Positions 25,701 through 37,500 of a DNA stretch of 64,000 nt are shown here, piece after piece (position 1 is the stretch's first letter; every line of letters starts with the position of its first letter). Origin of the DNA: Parcubacteria group bacterium (GTDB lineage: Bacteria > Patescibacteriota > Minisyncoccia > Moranbacterales > UBA2206); the NCBI GenBank assembly GCA_041659505.1, contig JBAZYF010000001.1, positions 189,274-253,273 of the forward strand. The letters run 5' to 3'. The notes under the pieces are model-generated. The model was given only the letters and a program-made list of their open reading frames with translations. It did no database searches and had not been told where the DNA came from. The translations under genes and the position numbers were made by a program.

Positions 25701-27990
25701 GCCCATTAATATAAAGTTTCTGACTAGTAGAATCTGACACTAAAACTACATGGGTCCATTTTCCTACAATGTTACCCGATGTAATTGAATTCAGATTATG
25801 ATTTGAACCATCATAAATATTTGATACTACTACTCCGGACGATGTAATACCTACCCACGCATCTGATGAAGCCACATTCACTGCTCTATTATTAGAAACG
25901 CCGCTGGGTGCTACGGACGGCTTTATCCAGGTAGATATTGTTATATTAGGGAAAAGCGCCGGGCTCATTGGATTTTTTATTACATAATCATCCACCCCAT
26001 CAAAACTCCCCCCATTCCCAAACTTTCCCCCGGCGGTTGTGGCGCCTCCGGCAGATGTTCCGTTATTATTGTTACCGCTAGCATCAATCACTTCCCCACT
26101 CGTGCCGTTCCAAAGACTCTCGTCCATTTTCCAATAACCGACCAGGCCGTCGGTGAGCCATTTGCTTGACTCTGAACCGAAAGCAGCCGACGCGCCTTGG
26201 GGGGCGCTTTGGCTTGCCAAGCCTGCATTATAATCCTGCAAAATCTGCGCTTGCGTGCGGGCGTAGGGGTAGATTTTTGGTTCGTCAATGGAGCCGGAAA
26301 AGAAATCATAATATCCGCCCTGATCATCCGCGCCGACAACAACCTTATTAGAATTAGAAATAATGGCACCACTAGGATTTCCGGTATTAACATCCTGTTT
26401 TCCATTAATATACATCTTGCACATTGATCCATCGTAAGTCGCCATTATATGATACCAAGTATTTACCGATAATGCAGTAGCGGAAGTTATATAAACTGTC
26501 CAGCCACCCTCTGATGTTTTTAAAAGAAATAAAACATTTCCATCGGAATTTATGTCTATTTTATATTCTTGCTCTTTGCCAGCAATTACATAAATATTTC
26601 CTAGCGAAGGAGTTGCATTTATTTTTACCCAAGCTCCAATAGTAAGGGTAGAAAGTCCACTTAAGCCAGTTGCATTACCCATATCCACATAATCACTCGT
26701 CCCATCAAATCCCAAACACTTCCCACTCACACACTCACTCTCCGGCTTCCACGTTGCACCGGTGATGGTGCCGTCGTTACTGCTTGAACTTTCATCGTGG
26801 GCAGTCGTTCCTTGGCCTTCGTCGAATGACCAATAGCCAACCGGTCCGCCGGGACTTTGTTCCACTTTTCCACTGACCGACAAAAACGCCGAAGGGTTGT
26901 TTTGATTGGCATATTCGGTGGCGATCCATTCGGGGGTGCGGACGGAATTGGAAATTTTTACTTCTTCAATATTTCCTGGAAATTGACTTGTATAACCCTG
27001 CCTCGCTCCAATAACAAACCCGTTGCCAGCGTGCCAAGGATCATCAATATCAGTCGGCCCCGCAACAAGACCGCCATTGATATATAACTTTGCCATATTA
27101 TCAACGTCTATTGTCGCACAAACATATTGCCACTGATCAAGTATGATGCTGCCAAATGCACTATTTAGACCGCCTCGATTATTATAAATGCTTAAATAAT
27201 AAGCCCCACTATCATTACCCATATTAAACTCGAAATCAGCATCACCAATAAATTGAGACATCCAATTATCATCCGTTTGTGGCTTTATCCAGGCACAACC
27301 CGTAATCGGATAATCATCCAAGTCAACAGTCGTATCAACATAATCATCCGTCCCATCAAAATCCAACCCCTTCCCCACTTTCGCGTCAACCAAATCCCCA
27401 CTCGTCATTGTTCCGCCCGAAGTTCCATTATTAGCATTGCTCGTCGAATCAGTCATCTGCGGAGCAGTGCCCGAAGGATCCTGATTCATATGTTGCACCA
27501 TCTTGAAATTTCCATCCCACACATTTGTTTTGTCTTGCTGGCTCGTCGCCGTAGCATTGCCGTAATAAAGATAAATTTCCGTGTCTTTGGCTTTGGTTAA
27601 ATTTGGCAATTTTACCCAAGCAACCAGAGCGCCCGTGCCGGAAGTATAAGATTCAATTTCGTGCGACAGTTTTTTGCCGGTGGAATCCGTGAACACCAAA
27701 TCATCGCCGTCGGTTTGTGCGCCGGTGATGAGGTTGGTGTCGGTGATGGAAACGAGGACAGGAAAGTTTTGCAGTTCGCCCGCCACCTGAGATTTGTTGA
27801 TGGTGATTTTTTTTCTGTAGCCCCAGGTGTCGTTCCACCAGGAGGCTTCGGTGTTTCGGCCGGAGAAGAAAAAATAGATGGGTAAAATTATGAGGACAAT
27901 TAAAACAAGCGACAACAAAGCACGCTTTTTGCGAGGAGAGAAAAGACGGCGGGTGTAATTTTTAATTTTGAATTTTGAATTTTGAAACAA
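22729..27990 (-). CDS. giant cell-surface protein LamG4: TM + DUF2341 + six LamG domains; 5' end atypical (TTG start inside a repeat, conserved MPTLKQKF leader missing)
   Basis: DUF2341 block nearly identical to LamG3. Shared C-terminus. No in-frame ATG before the TM helix; the N-terminus is encoded by the AATTTTGAA repeats. Confidence 0.75.
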   Translation of the reverse strand: MFQNSKFKIKNYTRRLFSPRKKRALLSLVLIVLIILPIYFFFSGRNTEASWWNDTWGYRKKITINKSQVAGELQNFPVLVSITDTNLITGAQTDGDDLVFTDSTGKKLSHEIESYTSGTGALVAWVKLPNLTKAKDTEIYLYYGNATATSQQDKTNVWDGNFKMVQHMNQDPSGTAPQMTDSTSNANNGTSGGTMTSGDLVDAKVGKGLDFDGTDDYVDTTVDLDDYPITGCAWIKPQTDDNWMSQFIGDADFEFNMGNDSGAYYLSIYNNRGGLNSAFGSIILDQWQYVCATIDVDNMAKLYINGGLVAGPTDIDDPWHAGNGFVIGARQGYTSQFPGNIEEVKISNSVRTPEWIATEYANQNNPSAFLSVSGKVEQSPGGPVGYWSFDEGQGTTAHDESSSSNDGTITGATWKPESECVSGKCLGFDGTSDYVDMGNATGLSGLSTLTIGAWVKINATPSLGNIYVIAGKEQEYKIDINSDGNVLFLLKTSEGGWTVYITSATALSVNTWYHIMATYDGSMCKMYINGKQDVNTGNPSGAIISNSNKVVVGADDQGGYYDFFSGSIDEPKIYPYARTQAQILQDYNAGLASQSAPQGASAAFGSESSKWLTDGLVGYWKMDESLWNGTSGEVIDASGNNNNGTSAGGATTAGGKFGNGGSFDGVDDYVIKNPMSPALFPNITISTWIKPSVAPSGVSNNRAVNVASSDAWVGITSSGVVVSNIYDGSNHNLNSITSGNIVGKWTHVVLVSDSTSQKLYINGQYDNSNSVGALNWEGDSRFQIGGISDNAPYDFNGQIDETRIYNRALSPDEIKKLYEWAPGPVLHLKMDEKVQGDAKTLADDSTYGNNGTTHYGANTTGMDCTTPGKFGSSCNFDGVDDYVSVPNPVAMIDLSQKTFSASAWVKNSTDYVPFLTKGASNNVSWYLTADEAGRIQFGINRDTDLRIVTNSVIPGDGKSHFVAVSFLGGDDVSGVSIYLDGTKVTGYQSQQNGVGAYVSDSGQELRIGRDDWGGYCGGQIDDVRIYNYARTQQQILEDMLGTPEPAGGGGNGQPIAHYNFNEGYGSVAHNFGYGGAVLNANLIAGGGANNSVALMWEKNGKNGKAVEFDGDDDYAEVPDNALLDFGANDFSVSFWVNKKSACSNWNNVWGVNKWDTGSSPGNNEWVINLCSDGETDKFFFAIESGSTSYTVVDPDTHSLNNWYHVVGLREGTNLKLYVDGKNKKTTSIGTVSVNNAGRSLRIANSNANSYYTNALFDDVKIYPYALTEDEIKTDYNSGASAQWGSAGTVATTGSPTNSTSGVYCVPGSTEPCAAPVGEWLMDKKVAGDAQTIYDTSGNGNNGTTNDGANNTGMDCTVPGKVGSACSFDGVDDATDTGNFSIGSSSFTVSGWIKAAIRSQNNYFINQQSGSGQRWYLATNHDDGRLIFYSDVTGWVLGNNTIPNNQWTHFSIVETPSSTKFYLNGLLDKGDGAGGCNASLNNLPIQIGHNTNSGSFLNGSIDQVRIYNYARTPAQIAWEYNQGKPIAEWKFDECQGGTVHDNSGNGNNGTINLGASGQTTTGTCSANANTPWYNGRTGKYAASLNFDGGDDYADIGDVSLLDGATSLTISFWYFLSSGATLAITPLEKWETNPSYIITSFTGNHPYVAVRQTSSAVASYYWVTDYTWEKEKWVHFTWTWKAGSPTINHVYIDGVDKALTSELDMGPSSVGNSPDHLKFGNAMNGQIDDIKIFNYALTAEQVKQLYNNSSALNFQ

Positions 27991-27994
27991 GTCT

Positions 27995-28339
27995 TTAATC
28001 TTTTAATTTTGAAACAATTTTACCGAATATCAAGGTTAGCTCTTGGCATTCTTTCCAAACATTTTTGAGTTCTTCTTTTTTACTTGGTTCGCATTCTGCT
28101 AGCATGCGCAACCAGTGTTTTGTTTCTTGCGTTTCTTTTTTGGAGATAAAAATTTTATTTCTAAAATCTTTTTTCGAACTAGCCGCGTTGGCTTCCATAT
28201 AGTTAGCACCAATACTAGTTGCGGAACGAACTATTTGATTGATAATTGGCTTATTAATGGAATCTTGTTTTATATTTTTGCATAACTTGATGACTTCTAG
28301 GCCAAATTTTGCCGTACGCTCTTCTAAATCATATACCAT
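27995..28339 (-). CDS. four-helix-bundle protein of the 23S rRNA intervening-sequence protein family (Avd-like)
   Basis: RSATSIGANYMEA...SKKDFRNKIFISKKETQETKHWLRML matches the conserved core of this family (PF05635/TIGR02436); 114 aa. Confidence 0.75.
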   Translation of the reverse strand: MVYDLEERTAKFGLEVIKLCKNIKQDSINKPIINQIVRSATSIGANYMEANAASSKKDFRNKIFISKKETQETKHWLRMLAECEPSKKEELKNVWKECQELTLIFGKIVSKLKD

Positions 28340-28515
28340 AAATTTAAATCTTAATTTTGAATTTTTAAGCTCGAATTTTGAAATAATTTTTTAATTTTCA
28401 AATGTTTCAAAATTAATTCATTCGAGTTTGTTTCAAAATTAAGAATTCGAAATTCAAAATTAACTTAGTTTATTCGAGTTTGTTTCAAAATTCAAAATTC
28501 GAAATTCAAAATTAA
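28340..28515. repeat. AT-rich array of AATTTTGAA / TTCAAAATT repeats including a ~48-bp tandem duplication (28411-28455 / 28459-28510)
   Basis: seen directly; similar repeats at 27961-28020 flank the other side of the Avd-like gene. Confidence 0.7.
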
Positions 28516-31500
28516 CTACTTCTCCTCCACAATCCACCAGTTGACTTTCACGCTGCCGATGATCGGGTCGGAACATTTGATTTTGAATCCGGTGTACTCG
28601 CCGGTGACAACGTCGGTTTGTTTTTCCACCCAGACGCGTCCGCCGGCGTCGCCTTCGGGGGTGATAAAAATCTTGGTCGTCGCGCTAACGGCGGTCGTAT
28701 CAATCTTTACGGTCTTGCCATCTGACGCGGATATGATTTCCTCCTCGGTGACCGGCACATCGCAAATTCCGTTTTTCATAATCTTTCCGGCTTCACAAAT
28801 CACCACATCACCTAAGGTTTTCTTGGCCGCATCCACGATTTTCACGCTGAACGCTCCCGCCACGACGCTTTCCGCTTCCAGTTGGCCATTGAGAAGGATC
28901 GAATTGGCCGTGATACTGCCAGCCGTAATTTTTCCGTTCACAAAACTTAGATTAATTTCCCCTGTTTCCTTGTTAATATCCAGCGCATCGGCAAAATCCA
29001 TTACGCCTTGCGCTTGCACTTTCAGATCATCCATCTGCGTCTGGAGAGCCAGAAGGTCGCCAGATTGTTGGCTCAACTGCGCCTGCAAGTCTGCGATTTG
29101 CTGCGTCTGAGTTTCCAGATTCTGTGTGTCGGCAGTGATGCTGGAAAGTGTCTCCCCGATCAGTTGTAGTTTATTATCCACACTCAAAGATTGATCAGCC
29201 AGTTGACCGGTCAATTGGGCGACGATCTGGTTTTGATTTTGGGTGATGCTGGCAATCTGGGTTTCTTGCTGTTTAACTTGGCTGGAAAGGGCAATTGGAT
29301 TATTTATTCCACCGATCTGACCGAGCAGATATTTGGTCACTTCATTGATGGAAGAAACGGAAGCCGACAGATCGCGCTCTCCATTGGAAGCTAAAATGAA
29401 ATCGCTCAGCTTGGAGTGATCAAGCTGATTGGTCGAATCATTTTCGTCATACTCCCCATCCGGCAAACGTTGCATCGACAGCACTGCTTCGTAAGCCTGG
29501 TCGAGCGTTTTTGGATAAGCGGTGCGGTCAGTGATGGTGAGGGCGGACAGATTGGCGGTGGTATAGATGTCACCGACGACATAGAGCTTGGAAGTTGGAT
29601 CAGTTGTGCCGATGCCGACGTTGCCGGTTACTGTATCAATCCGCATTTTCTCTACTGAAGAAATATCATTAATAGTGACCAAACCTGCTTTCAAACTCAT
29701 TATATAGTCAGACGTATTGCTAAAAGTCAATGAGCCAACATCTTCGGCGCCGGGATATCCAAAATAGATTCCGGAACTGTAATATTGCTGAGAAGTCAGC
29801 ATCAACTCAGCATATCCATTGTAATTTGCAACTTGTACCTTTGCCATTGGATTCGTCGTCCCAATTCCCACATTTCCACTTGCATTAACATTAAAGCGTG
29901 AGCCGTTGATTTGGATGTCATCGTTGATGATTACTTCGCCCAAGTTGGCTGCAGACAGCGTCAGGTCAAGATTTTGCCAAGACGAATCAGTGGCGATATT
30001 GCCCGGGCCTTGGAACAGCAGATTGCCAGTATCTTCATTGGTGAGTAATAGATCATTGGCAAAGGAAACGTTGCCAGCCGAAGCAAACGACACGGGATTG
30101 GAGAAGGTTGTTTGTGCGCCACTGACCGTCATCACGTCTGTGCCGGCATAATCCAGTGTGAGTAGATTGCCCAGGCCATCACTGCGAATATATAGTCCGC
30201 CGGCGGATGCGGTGGTGGCGGAGTTATAGAAAGAACTGAGATAGCTATCGACTGATCCGGCTAGTTGCAGTTTGTAGCTTGGCGCGGTGGTGCCGATGCC
30301 GACGTTGCCAGCTATTAATGTTCCTATCGAATTCCCCTGAGTTCCATTTCCAATTGCCAGTACACCGCTAGATAATCGAGAAAGTCCAATATCTAATGTT
30401 CCCGCGTAACCGCCTTGCGACCAAGCAATTGAACTTGTGCTTGAAAGCTGTATTCCATTAGAATCAAGGTTCGCAGCAGAACCGCCATTTACGCTAGCGG
30501 CGTATAAATTTCCACTGGCGTTAAAATAGGTAACGACAGATCCGGTATTATTTTTAATCTCCAATAAATTCGTACTGCTCTGTCCAATCCCGGCTTGTAC
30601 GATAAAAGTAGTAGCACCGGTTTGATTCTCAATTCTAGAATTACCATTCACATCCAAAGCATACCCCGGATTCGTCGTTCCAATCCCCACATTCCCACTT
30701 CCCGTAATCAAAGCGAAATTATTATCCGCGCCTGACGCACTGAAATATCCGCCAATCGCAGTCGATGTTCCGCCGGTGTCGCCGGTGACGTTGGAATAGA
30801 TGCCGTAGGAATTAATTGTTCCGCCGGTGGCTCCGGTTCTGGAAAGGGCTTGATAGAGTCCGTAAGTTGTGTCGACTCCGGTGGTGACAATGCCGGTGTT
30901 ACTCAATGTTTGATAGATGCCATAGTTTGTTCCCGGGGCGGTGGTGCCGATGTTTAGGTTGTTTTGCAAAGTGTCATCGACAACCACAAATCCGTCGTTG
31001 GCGGCTGAGAGCGTCAAGTTGAGATTTTGCCAGCTGGATTCCGTGACAACATAACCCGGACCTTTGAAGCGGATATTGCCGGCGGTTGCATTGGTAAGAA
31101 GTAAGTCATTTGATAGCGACACATTGCCGGCCGAAGCAAACGAGACGGGATTGGAGAAAGTTGTTTGTGCGCCAGTGACCGTCATCACGTCCGATCCGGC
31201 ATAGTTTAAAGTCAAAAGACTGCCGAGGCCATCGCCACGGACATAGAGACCACCAGCCGAGTTTCCGGTGTTGGAATTGTAGAGATAACTCAAGTAGTTG
31301 TCGGTTGAACCGGTGACGTGAAGTTTGTAGGTTGGTGCGGTAGTGCCGATTCCGATGTTGCCGGAAGCATCAATGCGCATTCTTTCTGATCCGGATGTGT
31401 CTAAATTAATAAATCCATCATTGTGCGTAGTGTTATCTCCAGAACTTATGAACCACGAATAAGCACCATTAGGTGTCTGACCCCCAGAGCCGATACCACC

Positions 31501-34500
31501 TAACGCAGGATCAGAAATATAAAAGCCAGTATTGTCAATGGAATAAGTTGAACCAAGTCTAATGCTTGTTGCGAGTATTGAACCATTCACATCTAGCTTC
31601 GCTCCCGGATCCGTCGTCCCGATGCCGACGTTGCCATTTGCCAAAATTCTCATTCTTTCAAGATATTGCGTCACGAATGACATTACCCCTACAGATGTTA
31701 TGTTCAGCGAGTCATCTATGCCACTATTATTTTGATAAAGTATACTGCCCCGAGTTGGAGAAGTTGGCGAGCCGAAATATGAACCTGATACATATCCACC
31801 ATCACCAGCAATAAATTGCATCAGGGCTGAATTTGGATTATTTATTACGAATTGATACCCTGGCGCAGTCGTCCCAATTCCCACATTGCCATTTCCCGTA
31901 ATCAAGGCGAAATTGTTGTCGGCGCCTGACGCGCTGAAGTATCCACCGATCGCTGTCGATGTTCCGCCGGTGTCGCCGGTCACATTGGAATAGACACCGT
32001 AGGAATTGATTGTTCCACCAGTCGCTCCGGTTCTGGACAGGGCTTGATAGAGGCCATAAGTCGTGTCAACTCCGGTGGTCACAATGCCGGTGTTGTTCAA
32101 TGTTTGATAGATGCCATAGTTCGTGCCCGGGGCGGTAGAGCCGATGTTCAAATTGTTTTGCAATGTGTCGGCCACCACCACAAAGCCGTCATTGGCGGCG
32201 GACAATGTTAGGTCAAGATTTTGCCAGCCGGATTCGGTGACCACATAGCCAGCGCCTTGGAAGCGGATATTTCCGGCGGTCGAGTTGGTCAAAACCAAAT
32301 CATTCGAGAAAGCCACATTGCCGGCTGAAGCAAACGACACAGGATTGGAGAAAGTGGTTTGCGCGCCACTCACCGTCATCACGTCCGTGCCGGCATAGTT
32401 CAAAGTCAAAAGATTTCCCAGGCCATCGCCACGGACATAAAGGCCCCCAGCGGAATTTCCGGTGTTGGAATTATATAGATATGATAGATAGTTATCAGTT
32501 GAACCGGTGACGTGGAGTTTGTAGCCGGGAGCGGTGGTGCCGATGCCGACGTTGCCAGCTGCATTGATTAACATTGAATAATTACTACTATCACCATTTG
32601 TTGCAAAAGCAACATTGCCTCCTACGCCAGAATAAAGCTCGATTGAATTGTCTATGGCGTGGTCAAAGATAAGCCCCCCATCGCTTACTGAATTGTTAAA
32701 TAATCCCGCTGCCCCACCTGCCATAAATAAGTTTCCGCTTCTAATATAACCATTAGTATAAACTCCCACGTCGCTATCTGATGCTGTTACAATATCTAAT
32801 TTTCGTGTTGGATTCGTCGTTCCGATGCCGACGTTGCCGGAAGAGTTTATAACCATCTGAAGGGAAGCCATGTTAGTAGTTGAAAAGCCTAAAGAATTTC
32901 CACTTGTTAGAATAGGGCTATTGCCTCCGAGCATTGTTCCCCATGTTAAACTACCATATCCATTGATACCAAAAGCATTGCCAGCTGATACATTTCCACT
33001 GGCCGATATATTTCCGGTTACACTTAATTTTTCAGTCGGATTCGTTGTCCCAATTCCCACATTTCCATTTCCTGTAATCAAAGCGAAATTATTGTCGGCT
33101 CCTGATGCGCTGAAGTATCCGCCAATCGCGGTGGAGGTTCCGGTGCCGGCGTTGTCGGCGGTAACATTAGAATAAATTCCATAAGAATTGATCGTTCCGC
33201 CGGTGGCTCCGGTGCGAGACAGGGCTTGATAGAGTCCGTAAGTTGTGTCAACTCCGGTGGTTACAATTCCAGTGTTGTTCAGAGTTTGATAGATGCCATA
33301 ATTTGTTCCCGGTGCGGTGGAGCCGATGTTGAGGTTGTTTTGCAATGTGTCGGAAACGATGACGTAGCCATTGTTGGCGGCGCTAAGGTTGAGATTGAGA
33401 TCTTCCCAGCCGGATTCGGTGGCGATATAGCCCTGACTGCTAAAGCGGATATTGCCCGCCATTGGATTGGCCATCACCAAATCATTGGCCAGCGTCACAT
33501 TGCCAGCCGAAGCAAACGACACGGGATTAGAGAAAGTCGTTTGCGCTCCGCTGACTGTGAACACGTCTGTGCCGGCATAATTCAAAGTGAACAGATTGCC
33601 CAAGCCATCGCCACGAACATAGAGGCCACCAGCGGAGTTTCCGGTGTTGGAATTGTAGAGATAACTCAAATAGTTGTCGGTTGAGCCGGTGACGTGGAGT
33701 TTGTAACCGGGTGCGGTGGTGCCGATGCCAATGTTGCCAGCATTGCTAACGAAGAGTCCATTTCCTGTTCCTCCATAAATATAAGCATTGCCTCCCGCGG
33801 CAGTTTCTCCCTGCAATCCAATTCCATTAGTTGCTTTAAGATATCCCTGAACTCCTCCGCTTTGTTTGAAAACAAGCACGTTAGGATCCGTTCCTTTGCC
33901 ATCAAAACTCCCAGTGCCATATACATCCAATTTGTACCCCGGATTCGTCGTCCCGATGCCGACGTTACCACCAAGTCCTAAAACTGTGGCCGAATTAGCA
34001 TATCGCCCAAATATTTCCAGCGCATTTGATGTTATTGAAAAAGGATGAGTGGCATCGTAATTCACCGCAAACGTTGCATAATAACCTGCGCTAGAAGAAC
34101 TAACTACTCCCATAGCTGGATTAGCTACTCCGCCTATTTCGAGTTGTCTGGTCGGATTCGTCGTCCCGATGCCAACGTTGCCGGTGGAAGATATGAACAT
34201 TCTATCACTTCCGGCGGTCATAAAACTTATGAATTGCGATCCACTATCACTTCCCTGGATACCAGTTCCAGTTGCTCCAAAATACAAATAGTTGCTATAG
34301 CCGAGGAATAAATTTGACCTTATACGAGATTGTCCATCCACATCCAATATATACTGCGGACTTGTCATTCCAATTCCCACATTCGTCCCATCGTTATATA
34401 GATTGCTCGTCGCGGTCCAGGTTCCGGCGTTGCTGTAGAGTGTTTGGCCGGTGATGCCGGTCGGCAGTGAACCTCCGCCAGTGAGATTGATGCCGTTCCA

Positions 34501-37500
34501 GAGCAAATTGCCCCCGACGTTATAGAGCCGGTCGGTGGTTGGAGTTGGCGCCGTCGTCTGCGCCAAGTGCAGTCGGCCATTGACATCTAAAATTTCCACC
34601 GGAGCGGTGGTGCCGATGCCGATGTTTCCGGAAGAATTAATAACTAAATCTGAAGTAGGAGTTTGCCCAGAAGCATTTACATTTGTTAATCGACCAAATG
34701 ATAAAATACCTGCAGATACATTATTCATTAATACGCGACCCATTATTCCTCTTGTAATGAATGTATCCCCATTCGCACCCTGCTCACCATTGAAAACTAA
34801 ATACGGATAGCCACTGCTATAAGTAGAGCCAATAGCACTTCCATATCCTGCTGCATTAGGATGTCCAAATTCCAATCCATTTCCCGTGCCCCGCGCAGAA
34901 ATTAATGTGATAGATTGGGAGTTCCCTCCAATATCCAATCTTACTCCCGGACTCGTCGTGCCAATTCCAACATTTCCCGCCGCAGTGACTACAAAAGCGT
35001 TTGCGCCAGAGTTATTCACTTGCAAAAGTTGTGACGGCGCGGTTGTCCCGATGCCGACGAAACCGTTGGCGTCGATAATCATTGCGGTGGTGCCGGAACC
35101 CATTGTGACTTTGGAGTTGGCGGCGCTGAGGCGCAATAGTTCTTGACTATTGCCCAGGCCATTAGCACCGATGAACACAAAATCTCCGCCGGTGATGTTG
35201 GAGAAAACGGTCGAGTTGGCGCCGAGCGCTCCGACAGTCGGCGTGCCAACAATGAGGCCACTGACCGCCGTGTTGGCAGTGACCGGCGTCGCGCGGTGGG
35301 TAATGATCGAATCATTGGAATCACCCAGGGTAAAATATTGATCATCTTTCATCGAGAACGCTCCGGTCACCGTGAGGCCGGCAAAACTTGGTGAGCTGGT
35401 CGTCAAAAGATGCTGATTGAGATTCGCGTCTCCCGTGAGGTTTAGGGTGTAAGTGCTAAGTCCCAGTGTTCCGCTTCCACTGGAAATCGTGTTGCCATTC
35501 ACTTTCACCGCCGTCACCTCGCCCAAGGCATTGACTTGGAATTGAGAAGTGGCGCCGACGGAAAGCAGAGCCAATGGATTCGTCGTTCCGATTCCCACAT
35601 TCCCGCCATTAGCAATCCACATCCGATCTGCATTGGCGGTTCTGAAATATAGACTGCTACCAGCGCCGGTTCCGCTCCAATTAATACTCTCCGTGCCATT
35701 AGAATTAACGATGTCTAGGTTTGATGAACGCATGTATAGTCCTGCACCAGATGCAAAGACTCGCAAATTTCCTACTATATCCAAAGCCACTCCCGGAGCA
35801 GTCGTCCCAATTCCCACATTCCCCGCCGAAGTCACATTCAAACCGTTTGTTCCGCCGGCGATGAGGGAAAGGATGTCTGCATCAGCTGTTCCAACTCCGG
35901 TATTTTGATCAGCAAAGAAAGTAAAACCAGGGATTGTTCCCGAAGGAGTTGCGTGTAGGATCGCTGCACCATTGGTAACATTAGAATGGATAAAGCTGGA
36001 ACTTATGCTCCACGCGCCACCTCCATTTAAATTTATCATCAAACTATCATCTGCATCTTCATAAATCCCACTATCCCCGTCGCCAAAAGCCAAGCCAGTC
36101 GCCAAACTGCCGACTCCGCCGTTGAGGTGGAGGATGGCTAGCGGATTGGTGGTGCCGATGCCGACTTGGCCCGCCGAAGTAACAACGAAGGAGGCCGTTG
36201 CCGAACTATTAACTTGAAAAAGTTGCACTGGCGAGACAGTACCAATTCCCACATTGCCACCATTAAAATAACTATTTCCCGAACCGGTCACAGCAAGAAG
36301 GCCTCCCATTGATAAATTTCCAGCAGTATCCATTACGATAAGAGGAGCTGAGCCAGTGGCGGTGGTTGGGTTTCCGGTAGCACTGTATTTCGGATTCCAT
36401 CCTCCCGCCAAGAGCGGAGGTGTAGCGCCAGTCGTGTTGGAATACCATATATTAGTAGAATTATCCGGTCCGATACCATCAATACTCATGTCACCGGCAT
36501 AACTGCCAATATACCAGGTATTGTCCCCGCTTGACCACCAGATATACCAGGTGACCCCGAATTGGTAATAATTTTTCCCATTATGTTGCCCCATATATAC
36601 ATATGTCCCATTGGGGCTACCCATTGTGCCTCCGCCATTACCGCTCACCACTATTGGGACAACAACAGTTTGTCCAATTGTTGCCGACTGAGAGACTAAA
36701 GCTCCCATGGAAGACACTGTAAATTGATTGTCTGCTACTGCCAGTAACTGCGTTGGATTCGTCGTCCCAATCCCGACATTCGTACCATCGTCATACAGCA
36801 CCCCTGTCGAAAGATTATTGGCTCCTGTCCAGCGGGCGACATAGTTTTGGGTACCGGTGCCCAGGGCGAATGTTCCAGTGGCATCGGGCAATGTATAGGT
36901 CTGCACGGCGGTAAGATTAGCAATCGTCAATTGTCCTCGGCCATCGGCGTCATAGAAATAGAGTTGGGTGCCGGCGGTGCCGGTTGCAGTGAAGGCGTCG
37001 CCGGAAGTGACGTTGCCAATGCCGGTGATGTCACCGATTCCGCCTGTTCCTGCCGCAGACCAACTCATGGCACCGTCTATGGCCGAAGTGAGAACATAAC
37101 CTGATCCGCCGGGATAGCTACCAGGCAGAGTATAGGTGATGTCCGCTGTTTGATCGGCGCCTTGAAGAATTGTGTAGTATTGAGGAGTTGATCCACCTTC
37201 CAAGATTCCCATTGTTCCGGCGATGGAGAGTTTTTGGAGAGGGTTCGTGGTGCCGATGCCTAAATTACCATCTGTAGTAAGTCTCATTTTCTCCAAAGTT
37301 GTGCCTCCCACGGCAAAATATAAATTTTCACCGGCATTTGAAGCAATTTGGCCAGAATTATTGCCGATAACAAGACCATTCAAGTAAATCGCATCTCCCC
37401 CGATGTTTCCATTTACATGTAATTTATAGAGGGGATTCGTCGTTCCGATGCCAACGTTGCCGGAAGAATTGATTCGCATCGCCTCTGCTCCGACCGTAGA

